From the IMG/VR virus record IMGVR_UViG_3300045988_074170: a stretch of 64,000 nt of DNA; one strand, 5' to 3'. Under the pieces are notes generated by a model that did not search any database, was not told the DNA's origin, and was given only the letters and a program-made list of their open reading frames with translations. This stretch comes from a virus. Both the position numbers and the translations under genes were made by a program. Below, one piece after another: positions 1 to 8,518 of this stretch (its first letter is position 1; every line of letters begins with the position of its first letter).

Positions 1-1979
1 TTAAATGTACCGTCCCCAACGAACCCTTTAACCGCTCCAGGAGCAGCCACTATACCATCGGGGAACACTTTACAGGCTTCGGCAACTATATCCTGGGCAC
101 AACGATATGTCATTGACAGAGGCAACGTCACTGTATTAGGAGCATTCTTGATAGCCTGTAACGAGTCAAGATTACTCCCCATGAATGAATAGATTGACTG
201 CTTTTCATCCCCTACTGCTATCAGGCGACCTCGTGGCGTCTTGCACATCTTCACGACCTCGAACTGTAATGGGCTGATATCCTGACACTCGTCAAGCATA
301 ACGACATTGTACTGTTTGAAGTCTTCCCGATGAACGTATTGAGTCGCATAATATAACATATCGGTAAAGTCCATAGGGAGTTTCCCTCCCCCACCTTTTA
401 GGAAGTAATTATCGGCAATCCTTTTGTTAAGCATACGGAGCTCTATTGCTCTCTTAGCGAGTTCTTCGTCAGCGTCCTCACCGTACCTCTCCCCCAATGC
501 TATTATTGCCTCTATATCGTCTGGTACGAGGTTAAATCTCATGAGGTCATAGAGCCTACATACTTTCATTATTATTCCGGGAATGCGCTTCGGGTGAACC
601 CCTTTGAATTCCATCTTCTCTTTCGCCAGATTGAAATTCTTTGAATCACTCAGGCTGAAATTCAGGCTGAATGCTTTGCACAGGGACGACAGCGCACAGG
701 AGTGAAGTGTCTGAGCCTTTACAGTTCTTGGAAGCCTCTGCCCAAGTTCTTCAGCTATTGACTTATTGAAAGCCAAGAAGATTGAACTCTTTATAGGAGG
801 AGTCATCTCCGCTAACTTGCACAGGGTGAATGTCTTCCCAGAATTATGAGTAATAGTAAAATCCCCTAATAGATATCTATTATCCCCATCAACAGTAAAA
901 CCAAACCACGCACCCTTTCCAATAGGTTTTAAAGAAAATCCAGTGTGAAGCACATCTTTTATTTGTTTTCTCTTACTTGCCTTTTTTCGTGAAAGAATGT
1001 TAGGAATAATCTCTGTATGACCCGAAATCCCTATTCTAAAATAATATGCTTCAAAATTTCTTGATTTAATTGTTGAACGTTTCCATTTATAAGACGGATA
1101 TAACCCTAATGAACGAACTAAGTAAACAATTCCCTCTCCCAAGGACTCCCATTTCGTTGAAATTGAAAAACAACATCCATCACTTTTCTTATATCCATCG
1201 CCATCAATAAGTCCAGCAAGAAGTCTTAATCTGTTCTCCACTGAATTAATCAGATAATTTTGAGGAATGAAAACATTTCCCAATTCATCAATGCATTTCT
1301 TAAATTCCTCCCTAAAAATATTTTTAGAACCGCACCCCACAAATCTTACCTGAACACAATTTTCACTATCATCTTTTATTTTGCATTCAATTCCTTTTGG
1401 AAGAGGATAAGATAAAAGATAATCAATAATATCTGAATCCTGTTTACATATACTAAAATATGGATTTCCTTTGTGCTTCGTTCCTTCTGCAAGCCATAAC
1501 CCTAACAAATAAGGGTCAATAGGGATGGTTTCCTCCTTAAATTCGACACCTGTTCTGACAAGTTTTAAATGACCAATTTCGCCATTATTTTTCTGAAATT
1601 TTAAAATTTCTTTAATATGTTTGTCAACTATATCAGAAGTCTTTGCCGAATTATATAGCCTCATTGAACGAGTAATATATTGGTCATGAACAGTAAAAAT
1701 ATGCTCATCATTACATATCCATTTTTCACCCTTTTTCGGAGAAACTTCATACAAATTAGAAATTCCGCTATCAATTTTCAAAACATTTCTTGGGCAAGAA
1801 TCTGGTCCCATTAATACGTCTCCAACGCAAATTTCTTGAGACAATTTTGTTGAACCATCAAACATTAAAACCTTGACATCTTTTCCAAGACATCCAGCCG
1901 TTGCGCTGACGAAAATGTTCCTGTTCGTACTTTGGTATTCGTCAACTATCGCCTGTTTATATTCGTCCAATTTCGCCAT
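1..1979 (-). CDS. UvrD/PcrA-like SF1 DNA helicase, N-terminal part (3' end runs off the window), interrupted by an intein
   Basis: Hand translation of the minus strand from the ATG at 1979. It is absent from the ORF track because there is no stop in the window. It reads MAKLDEYKQAIVDEYQSTNRNIFVSATAG|C..(intein)..THN|SGKTFTL. The spliced Walker A would be ATAGSGKT. The downstream extein has DECQD (motif II), VGDEKQSIYSFMG (motif III) and TYRC (motif IV). Confidence 0.8.
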   Translation of the reverse strand, partial: MAKLDEYKQAIVDEYQSTNRNIFVSATAGCLGKDVKVLMFDGSTKLSQEICVGDVLMGPDSCPRNVLKIDSGISNLYEVSPKKGEKWICNDEHIFTVHDQYITRSMRLYNSAKTSDIVDKHIKEILKFQKNNGEIGHLKLVRTGVEFKEETIPIDPYLLGLWLAEGTKHKGNPYFSICKQDSDIIDYLLSYPLPKGIECKIKDDSENCVQVRFVGCGSKNIFREEFKKCIDELGNVFIPQNYLINSVENRLRLLAGLIDGDGYKKSDGCCFSISTKWESLGEGIVYLVRSLGLYPSYKWKRSTIKSRNFEAYYFRIGISGHTEIIPNILSRKKASKRKQIKDVLHTGFSLKPIGKGAWFGFTVDGDNRYLLGDFTITHNSGKTFTLCKLAEMTPPIKSSIFLAFNKSIAEELGQRLPRTVKAQTLHSCALSSLCKAFSLNFSLSDSKNFNLAKEKMEFKGVHPKRIPGIIMKVCRLYDLMRFNLVPDDIEAIIALGERYGEDADEELAKRAIELRMLNKRIADNYFLKGGGGKLPMDFTDMLYYATQYVHREDFKQYNVVMLDECQDISPLQFEVVKMCKTPRGRLIAVGDEKQSIYSFMGSNLDSLQAIKNAPNTVTLPLSMTYRCAQDIVAEACKVFPDGIVAAPGAVKGFVGDGTF
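843..1892 (-). mobile_element. Intein (350 aa) with LAGLIDADG homing-endonuclease domain, inserted in the helicase P-loop
   Basis: Starts with Cys (TGT at 1892-1890) and ends ...FTITHN (AAT at 845-843), followed by Ser. Block B-like NDEHIFTVH is present. Two dodecapeptide motifs are present: PYLLGLWLAEGT and LLAGLIDGDGY. Confidence 0.8.
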
Positions 1980-1980
1980 A

Positions 1981-2700
1981 CTAAATCGTTTCTATTTGTA
2001 GTTTAACATCCAATTTTCCACTGTAATAAGCGTCGAACAGAGCCGTTCCGTTCAGTCTGTCGAACAATTCTTCTTCGGTCGCATAGTAACAGTCTCCTAA
2101 TAGAAGAATGTCTCCCATCTTATTCAATTCTTCGTACCTTTCGGTCTTCTCAATAAACACAACATCAGAACCCTCATGGTGGAACCAACTGAACCCCTCA
2201 AGAGGCTTGTCCTGAACGTAACTGTCTTGCGTCTTATAATTCGCCAGAGCGTCCGCACAGGCATTACCGTAAACCAACGGGTCGGACAGGTCTTTCCCGT
2301 GTCCGTTGATGTGTGATATATCGAACACCATCTTTCGACGGCTTTCAATTTCTTTCAGGATTTCTTTCCAAAGTTCAGGATTCTTAACTCCCCACCACCC
2401 GTTGGCTCGCCATTGTGAAAGTAGGGACTTCTTGAAGGCATTCACCACGAACTCGCTGTCGGCTACGACATGAACCTTTGTATAGACGTCTGGGTCTATC
2501 ATCTGTATCGCTGCCAGCAACGCTTTCATCTCCATACGGGAGGTCGTCGTGTTCCAGAAGCCTCTTCTCAGGTGTATCTCCTGATTTCCATAAGGAATGT
2601 ACACCCCAAACCCACCTAATTTCCTGTCGCTTTTTGCATTACAACTTCCGTCGGTGAATATTGTTATATTAATCCTCTCTTTTGGAACCATATCACTCAA
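1981..2700 (-). CDS. rnhA: Ribonuclease HI with a C-terminal extension
   Basis: Motifs FTDGSC, TSRMEMKALLAAI, ADSEFV and HINGHGKD..GNACADALAN match the RNase H DEDD/H motifs. The track start at 2700 is TTG. An ATG at 2691 is the more likely start. Confidence 0.8.
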   Translation of the reverse strand: MSDMVPKERINITIFTDGSCNAKSDRKLGGFGVYIPYGNQEIHLRRGFWNTTTSRMEMKALLAAIQMIDPDVYTKVHVVADSEFVVNAFKKSLLSQWRANGWWGVKNPELWKEILKEIESRRKMVFDISHINGHGKDLSDPLVYGNACADALANYKTQDSYVQDKPLEGFSWFHHEGSDVVFIEKTERYEELNKMGDILLLGDCYYATEEELFDRLNGTALFDAYYSGKLDVKLQIETI

Positions 2701-2863
2701 CCTTTCTTATCTTTAAGCCGTGTATGGTTTGCCACCCCTGTAACCGAAGAGCGTCCTCAACCTTGTCCGCACTGACAGCCATAACAAATTCCGACTGTTG
2801 CTTAATTTGTCCTTTACGTTCTTTCGTACCGAAGAACTTTGCTTTGAATTGAATTTTGTCCAT
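2693..2863 (-). CDS. Small hypothetical protein (56 aa), below the track cutoff
   Basis: Hand translation gives MDKIQFKAKFFGTKERKGQIKQQSEFVMAVSADKVEDALRLQGWQTIHGLKIRKVE. It fills the gap between the SNF2 and RNase H genes. Its stop lies just upstream of the RNase H ATG (TGATATG). Confidence 0.3.
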   Translation of the reverse strand: MDKIQFKAKFFGTKERKGQIKQQSEFVMAVSADKVEDALRLQGWQTIHGLKIRKVE

Positions 2864-2920
2864 TGTTATCACTAAATTATTTGATAATTACATAACGGCT
2901 CCCGATGGCTCGAGTTTCCG

Positions 2921-4579
2921 TCATTTCAGATGTTTCTGTAAGAATTTCCTTGCCAACAGTTCGTTCTCGCTTTGCCCCTTGTTCACCACCCCTGTTATAA
3001 GGCTCTTATCCTTAACGGTTTCCCTCATTTCGACGTCTATTGTGTCTGGTGATAATAGGTAGGTGATATTTATACTATTCTTTTGCCCCATTCGCTCAAG
3101 ACGACTGTTCGTTTGTTCCAGGTCGGTTGACTTGTCAGGAAGTTCAATGTAGAAGAGGTTCGAGCAGTTGTCCTGAAGACCGTCTGTACCTGTGCCAGCC
3201 GACTGAATGTTCGCAAAGAGCAACCGATGTTTCCTCTGTGAAAACTCGTTCACAATTTGTTGTTTCTTATCAGCCGAGACTCCACCCTGTATTATCGGAG
3301 CCTTAAAGTATTTCGCCAGTTCCTGGAGCGGTTCACGGTGCACACCGAAGACCACCAACTGTTCGTCTTCATTCGCCTCTAACCAATCCTTGATGTATGA
3401 TTGCATGAACGGCAACTTCCCTTTCACCGACAGGGATTTCAACGTGTTAATCATTACAAGATGAGGAGCGTTCACGGCATTGTTTGCCTTCTCGATATCT
3501 ATCTTCTCGAGATACGCTAACAGGTCTGACTCGGCTCGCCTGTACTCCTTGAGATTCACAATAGGAACGTCAACTGTTTGCTCTACCAACGGTGGGAGCT
3601 CGGTGAGGACGTCTCGCTTATTTCGTCTAATATAGCCTCCCATTCGTAACAGTTCATGAAGTTCCTCAAGATTACTGAACCCACTAAAATCGAAGCCATA
3701 TGGCGTTTGCTTCGCATTGCAATACCTGTACTTAAAGTCGAGGTCGGCTCCGAATATATCTTCGAACCGTCTAATTATCTTGAACGGCTGTATCAGGTCA
3801 GACGGCTTATTTTGAATCAATGTACCTGTCAATCCCCATACGTGCTGAATTCGTTTAGCAATCTTCTTTGCCATCTTTGTGCGAAGAGCCTTTTCACTCT
3901 TCAGGAAGTGTATCTCATCCATAGCACAGGATGCCCAATACTTTCGTAACAGTTCCTTGAACTTTGCAGTCGGTTTCTCCATGTTACGTTCTCCGAGCAC
4001 ATCATAGTTGATGATGACAACATCGTTGTTCCACACTTCGGTGTCAAACTTTCGTTTGCGCTCAATCACACCTATCTTTCGATTGGGGTTCCATTTCTCC
4101 CACTCCTTCTTCCAGTTGTACTTCACAGACGCTGGAGTAATAATTAGAGTTGGGAAAGCATCCATTAACTCAATTGTAATAATCGTTTGACCTGTCTTAC
4201 CAAGACCGCACCCGTCCCCATTGATACAGTTCCCATGATTAATCATATACGCAACCCCCTCACACTGATAGGGACGAGGCACACGTTTCAGCCCAATTTC
4301 CTTACAGGCTTGAGCGACTTCCTCTGGAGTTATCACTTCTGGAGGCTCTTGATAAGCTATAACATTCGGAGAGGGAACGTAGTTCATCCCCTCTTTAAAT
4401 CCGTTCGCTTCCAGCCACTTCTTTAGTGGAGCCAATGTCGTTAATTGAATTGGGACGTACCATTCCCTGTTCTGAGGATTGTATCCCGCACCAGCAAACT
4501 TCTTTACAGCCGTAACCAATTCTGGGTCATACCTAAACCCGACGTAAATATAATTTCCGTCACTGTACCAATATCTCAT
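2921..4579 (-). CDS. SNF2-family helicase with an N-terminal HARP-like domain (SMARCAL1-like annealing helicase)
   Basis: Contains GCGLGKTGQTI (motif I), DEIHFLK (DExH) and a helicase-C region ending QSAGTGTDGLQ. The N-terminus, YIYVGFRYDPELVTAVKKFAGAGYNPQNREWYVPI, resembles a HARP repeat. Confidence 0.75.
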   Translation of the reverse strand: MRYWYSDGNYIYVGFRYDPELVTAVKKFAGAGYNPQNREWYVPIQLTTLAPLKKWLEANGFKEGMNYVPSPNVIAYQEPPEVITPEEVAQACKEIGLKRVPRPYQCEGVAYMINHGNCINGDGCGLGKTGQTIITIELMDAFPTLIITPASVKYNWKKEWEKWNPNRKIGVIERKRKFDTEVWNNDVVIINYDVLGERNMEKPTAKFKELLRKYWASCAMDEIHFLKSEKALRTKMAKKIAKRIQHVWGLTGTLIQNKPSDLIQPFKIIRRFEDIFGADLDFKYRYCNAKQTPYGFDFSGFSNLEELHELLRMGGYIRRNKRDVLTELPPLVEQTVDVPIVNLKEYRRAESDLLAYLEKIDIEKANNAVNAPHLVMINTLKSLSVKGKLPFMQSYIKDWLEANEDEQLVVFGVHREPLQELAKYFKAPIIQGGVSADKKQQIVNEFSQRKHRLLFANIQSAGTGTDGLQDNCSNLFYIELPDKSTDLEQTNSRLERMGQKNSINITYLLSPDTIDVEMRETVKDKSLITGVVNKGQSENELLARKFLQKHLK

Positions 4580-6533
4580 TCTCGAAATCTTTTCTCGAAA
4601 TTATTTTAATTCCATATTCTGACGCTTTTTTCATTTTAGATGACGAACTATTCATGTCGGCTGTTACCAACAGATATAAATCTTTTGATACTCCGTTTGA
4701 TACCGTATATCCAAACTGAGGAAGCATCTTTTCAAGTTCTTTATCCCGAAAACCTGTTAAACATACCTTTTTGAACCCCCCTTCCGGAGTTTCAACTTTC
4801 GGAGACTGAACATAAGTAATAACGATTCTTTTATCCTTTCCCCTCGAAAGATACGTTTTTAACCCCTTTACGAAAGTCAAAGCCAGCACCTCACCTATTC
4901 CCGGAATGAGTTCACATTCGTGCTTTAAAGCGACCGCAGACTCCGCAGTGAGCGCATAACTGTTTGGGTCTCGAAGCCTCTCAACCGTTTCCTCATTCAA
5001 GCCGTCTAAGATTTTCTGGCAGGTCGCCTCGGCAATCTTTCCGTCAAATACATTTATGGCTGTTAGGTAACGAGCCAACGGTACTCCGGCAAGAACCTTT
5101 TCAATCTGACTTGAAACGGTCTTCCCCTTTGACTTCCCTAACAGGTTCTGGAACTCCGCAACGTGTGACTCAAGAATTGTGTCTATCGTCTTATAGCCGT
5201 GTCCATACAAACGACGTATCGTAGGCTCTTCAAACTGTTCGCAACCCATCGTGCGGAAGAAATACACCATACCAGAAATTACTCTTTCCTTGCACGACTC
5301 ATTTGAGCATACAAGGTCAACGTGCGTTTCGTTCCATTTGAGCGGTTCACCACAGGACGGACAAATAACAAGGTCGTCCATCATATCGGTGTACGCATTC
5401 TCGTTATACTCAATCGTCTTCAAGTGTTTAGGGATAACGTCTCCACCACGTGTTACTTCGATGAACGCTCCCTCACAGATATGCTGGTCAATCAGGTAGG
5501 CTGCATTATACGCTGTGGCTCGTGATACGGTTGCTCCGTTAATCTCAACAGGTTCAATGATGATTACAGGGTTCAGAACACCTGTCTTCCCTATTCCCTT
5601 TTCTATACTGATGACCTTTGTCTGATACACGTCGCACCACTCTTCCTTCTTGAACGCAATAGCATAGGCGGGATTTCCGTTAGGAAGCCGTCCGAGTTGT
5701 TCGCGGACGCTTTCCTCATCGACTTCTATCACCACGCCATCAATCTTGTATTCAGCGTCAAACCTGTCATGAAGTTCCTCATCAAGCAACAGGTTCATTT
5801 CTTCATCGTCGAGTTCCATTATCTCTTCAATCAAGAAACTGACATACGGAGTAACATTATGGAACGTTCTTTTCAATTCTTCGAGAACGCTTGACTTGTC
5901 GCCTGTAAGGTCAGAGCCATAACGCACGAAGTCCACGTTTGCCAAGAAGCGGTTGTTCCAGCCGTCCGGAGAGTTGAATATTCCGGCAACCATATTACGA
6001 GCGTTCTTATAGGCGAAGTCGGCTTGGTTGTCCTTGAGGTGGGCAAAGGTCTTCTTTTTAATGATAGCCTCGCCCCACGTATGCATGAGGTGTGGCTCCG
6101 GATGCTCGCCCTCACCATTGAACATACGGCCGAAGTGTTTCGTTGACAACTGTCCTTCTACACCATCACCACGAGTCCACGCTCTCTTATCGTCTTCATC
6201 AACGACAAGGCTTATTCCGTCAAATTTAGGAGTGGCGACAATCTCCTTACAACCTGCCGCAAGCATCTTCTGTAACCATTTGCGGAAGTCCTTGATTGTC
6301 TTGATTTTTTCGAGGCTGTACATAGGGACAGGCAACGGCTCCATACGGTCGATGGCTTCCTCTACGATACCTTTCTTGAAAAACTCATCCTCAGGACTGT
6401 TCTCCCTGAGAGTTTCGACCATGTGGTCATACTCAACATCTGACACTTGAGGATTGCCCTCGCGATAAGCCTTATTCAGAGCGATAAGTTCTTCTCTCAG
6501 GCTGTTAATCTTTTCTTGTTTCATCTTTGCCAT
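4560..6533 (-). CDS. ligA: NAD-dependent DNA ligase
   Basis: Adenylation motif TPKFDGIS (KxDG), Zn finger CPSCGEPLKWNETHVDLVCSNESC, HhH region and C-terminal BRCT-like tail. The length of 657 aa is typical. Confidence 0.9.
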   Translation of the reverse strand: MAKMKQEKINSLREELIALNKAYREGNPQVSDVEYDHMVETLRENSPEDEFFKKGIVEEAIDRMEPLPVPMYSLEKIKTIKDFRKWLQKMLAAGCKEIVATPKFDGISLVVDEDDKRAWTRGDGVEGQLSTKHFGRMFNGEGEHPEPHLMHTWGEAIIKKKTFAHLKDNQADFAYKNARNMVAGIFNSPDGWNNRFLANVDFVRYGSDLTGDKSSVLEELKRTFHNVTPYVSFLIEEIMELDDEEMNLLLDEELHDRFDAEYKIDGVVIEVDEESVREQLGRLPNGNPAYAIAFKKEEWCDVYQTKVISIEKGIGKTGVLNPVIIIEPVEINGATVSRATAYNAAYLIDQHICEGAFIEVTRGGDVIPKHLKTIEYNENAYTDMMDDLVICPSCGEPLKWNETHVDLVCSNESCKERVISGMVYFFRTMGCEQFEEPTIRRLYGHGYKTIDTILESHVAEFQNLLGKSKGKTVSSQIEKVLAGVPLARYLTAINVFDGKIAEATCQKILDGLNEETVERLRDPNSYALTAESAVALKHECELIPGIGEVLALTFVKGLKTYLSRGKDKRIVITYVQSPKVETPEGGFKKVCLTGFRDKELEKMLPQFGYTVSNGVSKDLYLLVTADMNSSSSKMKKASEYGIKIISRKDFENEILVQ

Positions 6534-6560
6534 AACGAAATTATTTAATTTAGGAAATTC

Positions 6561-6592
6561 TTTAATAAAAACAGGGGGAACGAATCCCCTGT
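6561..6592 (-). terminator. Rho-independent terminator
   Basis: Minus strand reads ACAGGGG-ATTCGTTC-CCCCTGT (stem 6571-6577/6586-6592), followed by TTTTATTAAAG. Confidence 0.6.
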
Positions 6593-6683
6593 GAATTATC
6601 TTACCAATTAATTTTCTTTATATAAGCTCCCCAACCATGACCAGTAGCACCTTGAAAACCGCTTGACAAGCAAACAATTTGGT

Positions 6684-7004
6684 CTATCTTAACATTGTAA
6701 TGAGCAACTTCTGTATGGTCGGCTTTGCCTGACTTCCCAAATTTACAAATGACTGTGATTCTTTCGCCTTCACCATTATAGGCAGAGAACTTAGTATTGT
6801 CTCACCGTTATAGTGTTTTTCGTTTTCATTGATGAAAATTTCGTGACCCTGTACTTCAATGCCTGTAAGTTCAACATCAGCATATTCAGAAACGTATTCT
6901 CTCTTAGTTCTCTTTGTCGGCTTTCCGTTACGCATAATGGGTACATCTTGAAATTTATCACCAACAAACAATTTAGCAACGATTGTATTACCTGTTCTTT
7001 TCAT
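6684..7004 (-). CDS. Hypothetical protein
   Basis: 106 aa ORF, preceded by a predicted promoter and followed by a terminator. No recognisable motif. Confidence 0.5.
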   Translation of the reverse strand: MKRTGNTIVAKLFVGDKFQDVPIMRNGKPTKRTKREYVSEYADVELTGIEVQGHEIFINENEKHYNGETILSSLPIMVKAKESQSFVNLGSQAKPTIQKLLITMLR

Positions 7005-7032
7005 AATTCCTTGTTTTTTAATTTTGACACTA

Positions 7033-7063
7033 CAAAGGTAGTGGAATCTGATGATATTCCAAA
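7033..7063 (-). promoter_or_regulatory. Bacteroidota-type promoter (-7 TAccTTTG, -33 TTTG)
   Basis: Minus strand has TTTG (7063-7060), a 19 nt spacer, then TACCTTTG (7040-7033). It sits 29 nt upstream of the ATG at 7004. Confidence 0.5.
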
Positions 7064-7081
7064 GAGTTTCCCCGAAATTCT

Positions 7082-7312
7082 TTAATATTTTTCAAATTCT
7101 TCCGCTGTTAAACTTAAACAGCCAACCCACGCACGAGTTTCGCTCTCCGTGTGAGCTTCAATACGTTCTATAATTTTACCGCCTTTAGACTTTACCCGTA
7201 ATCTCGGATATTTTGTATAATCATAAGCGATTTCGTCAATTTCATCTACAAGAAATAGAGGTTGACCTCCATTCAATTTCTTTTGTACTTCGTCTCTTGA
7301 TGACTTTTTCAT
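7082..7312 (-). CDS. Hypothetical protein
   Basis: 76 aa ORF that overlaps the stop of the upstream gene by 4 nt. Confidence 0.45.
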   Translation of the reverse strand: MKKSSRDEVQKKLNGGQPLFLVDEIDEIAYDYTKYPRLRVKSKGGKIIERIEAHTESETRAWVGCLSLTAEEFEKY

Positions 7313-8007
7313 AACTTAATATTTCTCACTTCGTTATAATACTTTTCACTTTCCTTAATTAGAACTACTGCCTCACCGCTTGTTTTCGGTAACACACGTA
7401 TTCTTTCATAAATTTCATGACCACGTCCCGGAGCTACTCCTGACTTCCTACATTTTTCAAACAGTTCCTCGCCTAACAAAGTTTTCGAAATTTCGGGTTT
7501 TTCCTTACCGAAAATCATTTGAGGGGTGTTTACCTGTATTTCACCAACAAGACCGTTGCCAAACTCTATATTTAGAATATGACCTGAATATCCAGCAAAG
7601 TTTTCAGGAGTCTGAACCTTATGTCTAACAACCTTAAACTCACCTTTCAGCTCAAAAAGAATTTCATCCAATTTAGATGCTTCAACAATGAACGTGTTTC
7701 TAATTAAGTCCTTCAGCTTTGAAACAGAAGTTCCCTCAAGTAAAATTTTTCGCTTAACACTCTCAACTGATTTTAAACTAACAGACGTAACTCGTATCCC
7801 AAACTTATTCGCAAAACCATAGGAAGCCTTCTGAAAAGAATTTACATTCGGAATAACCTTTTGGCTGAAATAATTCTTAATCTCGACAACCTCGTCAACC
7901 TTTTGAACGCCATATCTTTGTCCAACTCTGTGTAAACGACGATTTTCAGGTGTGTCCTTATACACACCTGAACGAGACTTTAATAGTTGAAATTCAATTA
8001 AGTTCAT
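7309..8007 (-). CDS. RelA/SpoT-homologue synthetase-like protein (small alarmone synthetase / toxSAS-like nucleotide pyrophosphokinase)
   Basis: By-eye matches to RSH synthetase motifs: SLKSVESVKRKI (RxKxxxSxxxK-like), KDLIRNTFIV (DxxGxR-like), AGYSGHILNIEF (GYRSxH-like), GEIQVNTPQM (EIQIRT-like) and GHEIYERIR (H..YK-like). Confidence 0.5.
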   Translation of the reverse strand: MNLIEFQLLKSRSGVYKDTPENRRLHRVGQRYGVQKVDEVVEIKNYFSQKVIPNVNSFQKASYGFANKFGIRVTSVSLKSVESVKRKILLEGTSVSKLKDLIRNTFIVEASKLDEILFELKGEFKVVRHKVQTPENFAGYSGHILNIEFGNGLVGEIQVNTPQMIFGKEKPEISKTLLGEELFEKCRKSGVAPGRGHEIYERIRVLPKTSGEAVVLIKESEKYYNEVRNIKL

Positions 8008-8416
8008 GATTTAAAATTGAAAGAGCAACAGAATATTTCTCACGATTATACACCTTTCCTCTATTGGGGTCAGTATTATCAGCAATATCATATTTCTTAA
8101 CATTAATCGCCAAACAGTTTTTACTGCCCCTAATTTTTCGAATGTAATCAAAATAGGGAACGCTTTTATCGTGATTTAATAATTCCAATGCTTGAATAAT
8201 ACAATCGTTATTTGTCACCTCTCGTTTTATATCCTCAACCGTATAATGAGTGTCCTCAAGAACATCATGTAGCAACGCAACAATCTTTTCATCGTCAGTG
8301 AGTGCCATATAAGACACTCTTACAGGGTGTAAGAAATATTGCACACCGCTTTTATCAACTTGTCCCTCATGGGCTTTTTGAGCGAACTGTAATGCTTTAT
8401 AAACTTCTTTTTTCAT
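7994..8416 (-). CDS. HD-domain small alarmone hydrolase (SpoT/Mesh1-like (p)ppGpp/(p)ppApp hydrolase)
   Basis: ALQFAQKAHEGQVDKSGVQYFLHPVRV...IVALLHDVLEDT matches the RSH hydrolase (HD_4) signature. The track start at 8452 is TTG and overlaps the predicted -7 box, so the ATG at 8416 is used here. Confidence 0.7.
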   Translation of the reverse strand: MKKEVYKALQFAQKAHEGQVDKSGVQYFLHPVRVSYMALTDDEKIVALLHDVLEDTHYTVEDIKREVTNNDCIIQALELLNHDKSVPYFDYIRKIRGSKNCLAINVKKYDIADNTDPNRGKVYNREKYSVALSILNHELN

Positions 8417-8439
8417 ACACTTGTTTTTATTTGACGCTA

Positions 8440-8470
8440 CAAATGTAGTCAAAGAAATTGGAAGAACAAA
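8440..8470 (-). promoter_or_regulatory. Bacteroidota-type promoter (-7 TAcaTTTG, -33 TTTG)
   Basis: Minus strand has TTTG (8470-8467), a 19 nt spacer, then TACATTTG (8447-8440). It sits 24 nt upstream of the ATG at 8416. Confidence 0.55.
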
Positions 8471-8479
8471 GAAATTTCA

Positions 8480-8508
8480 GGAATATTCGACGGGATTCCG
8501 AATATTCC
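8480..8508 (-). terminator. Perfect 10-bp inverted repeat hairpin (terminator or operator)
   Basis: Minus strand reads GGAATATTCG-GAATCCCGT-CGAATATTCC, followed by TGAAATTTCTTTGTT. It lies directly after the stop of ORF 8519..9133. Confidence 0.5.
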
Positions 8509-8518
8509 TTTAAAATTT

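Noticed and set aside
6601-6683. Small ORF (about 22-30 aa, ...SGFQGATGHGWGAYIKKINW) in the gap between ORF 6684-7004 and its terminator, in the -1 frame relative to that ORF
   Set aside because: It has no ATG start (only TTG or ATT), no slippery site for a frameshift extension, and is too short to support.
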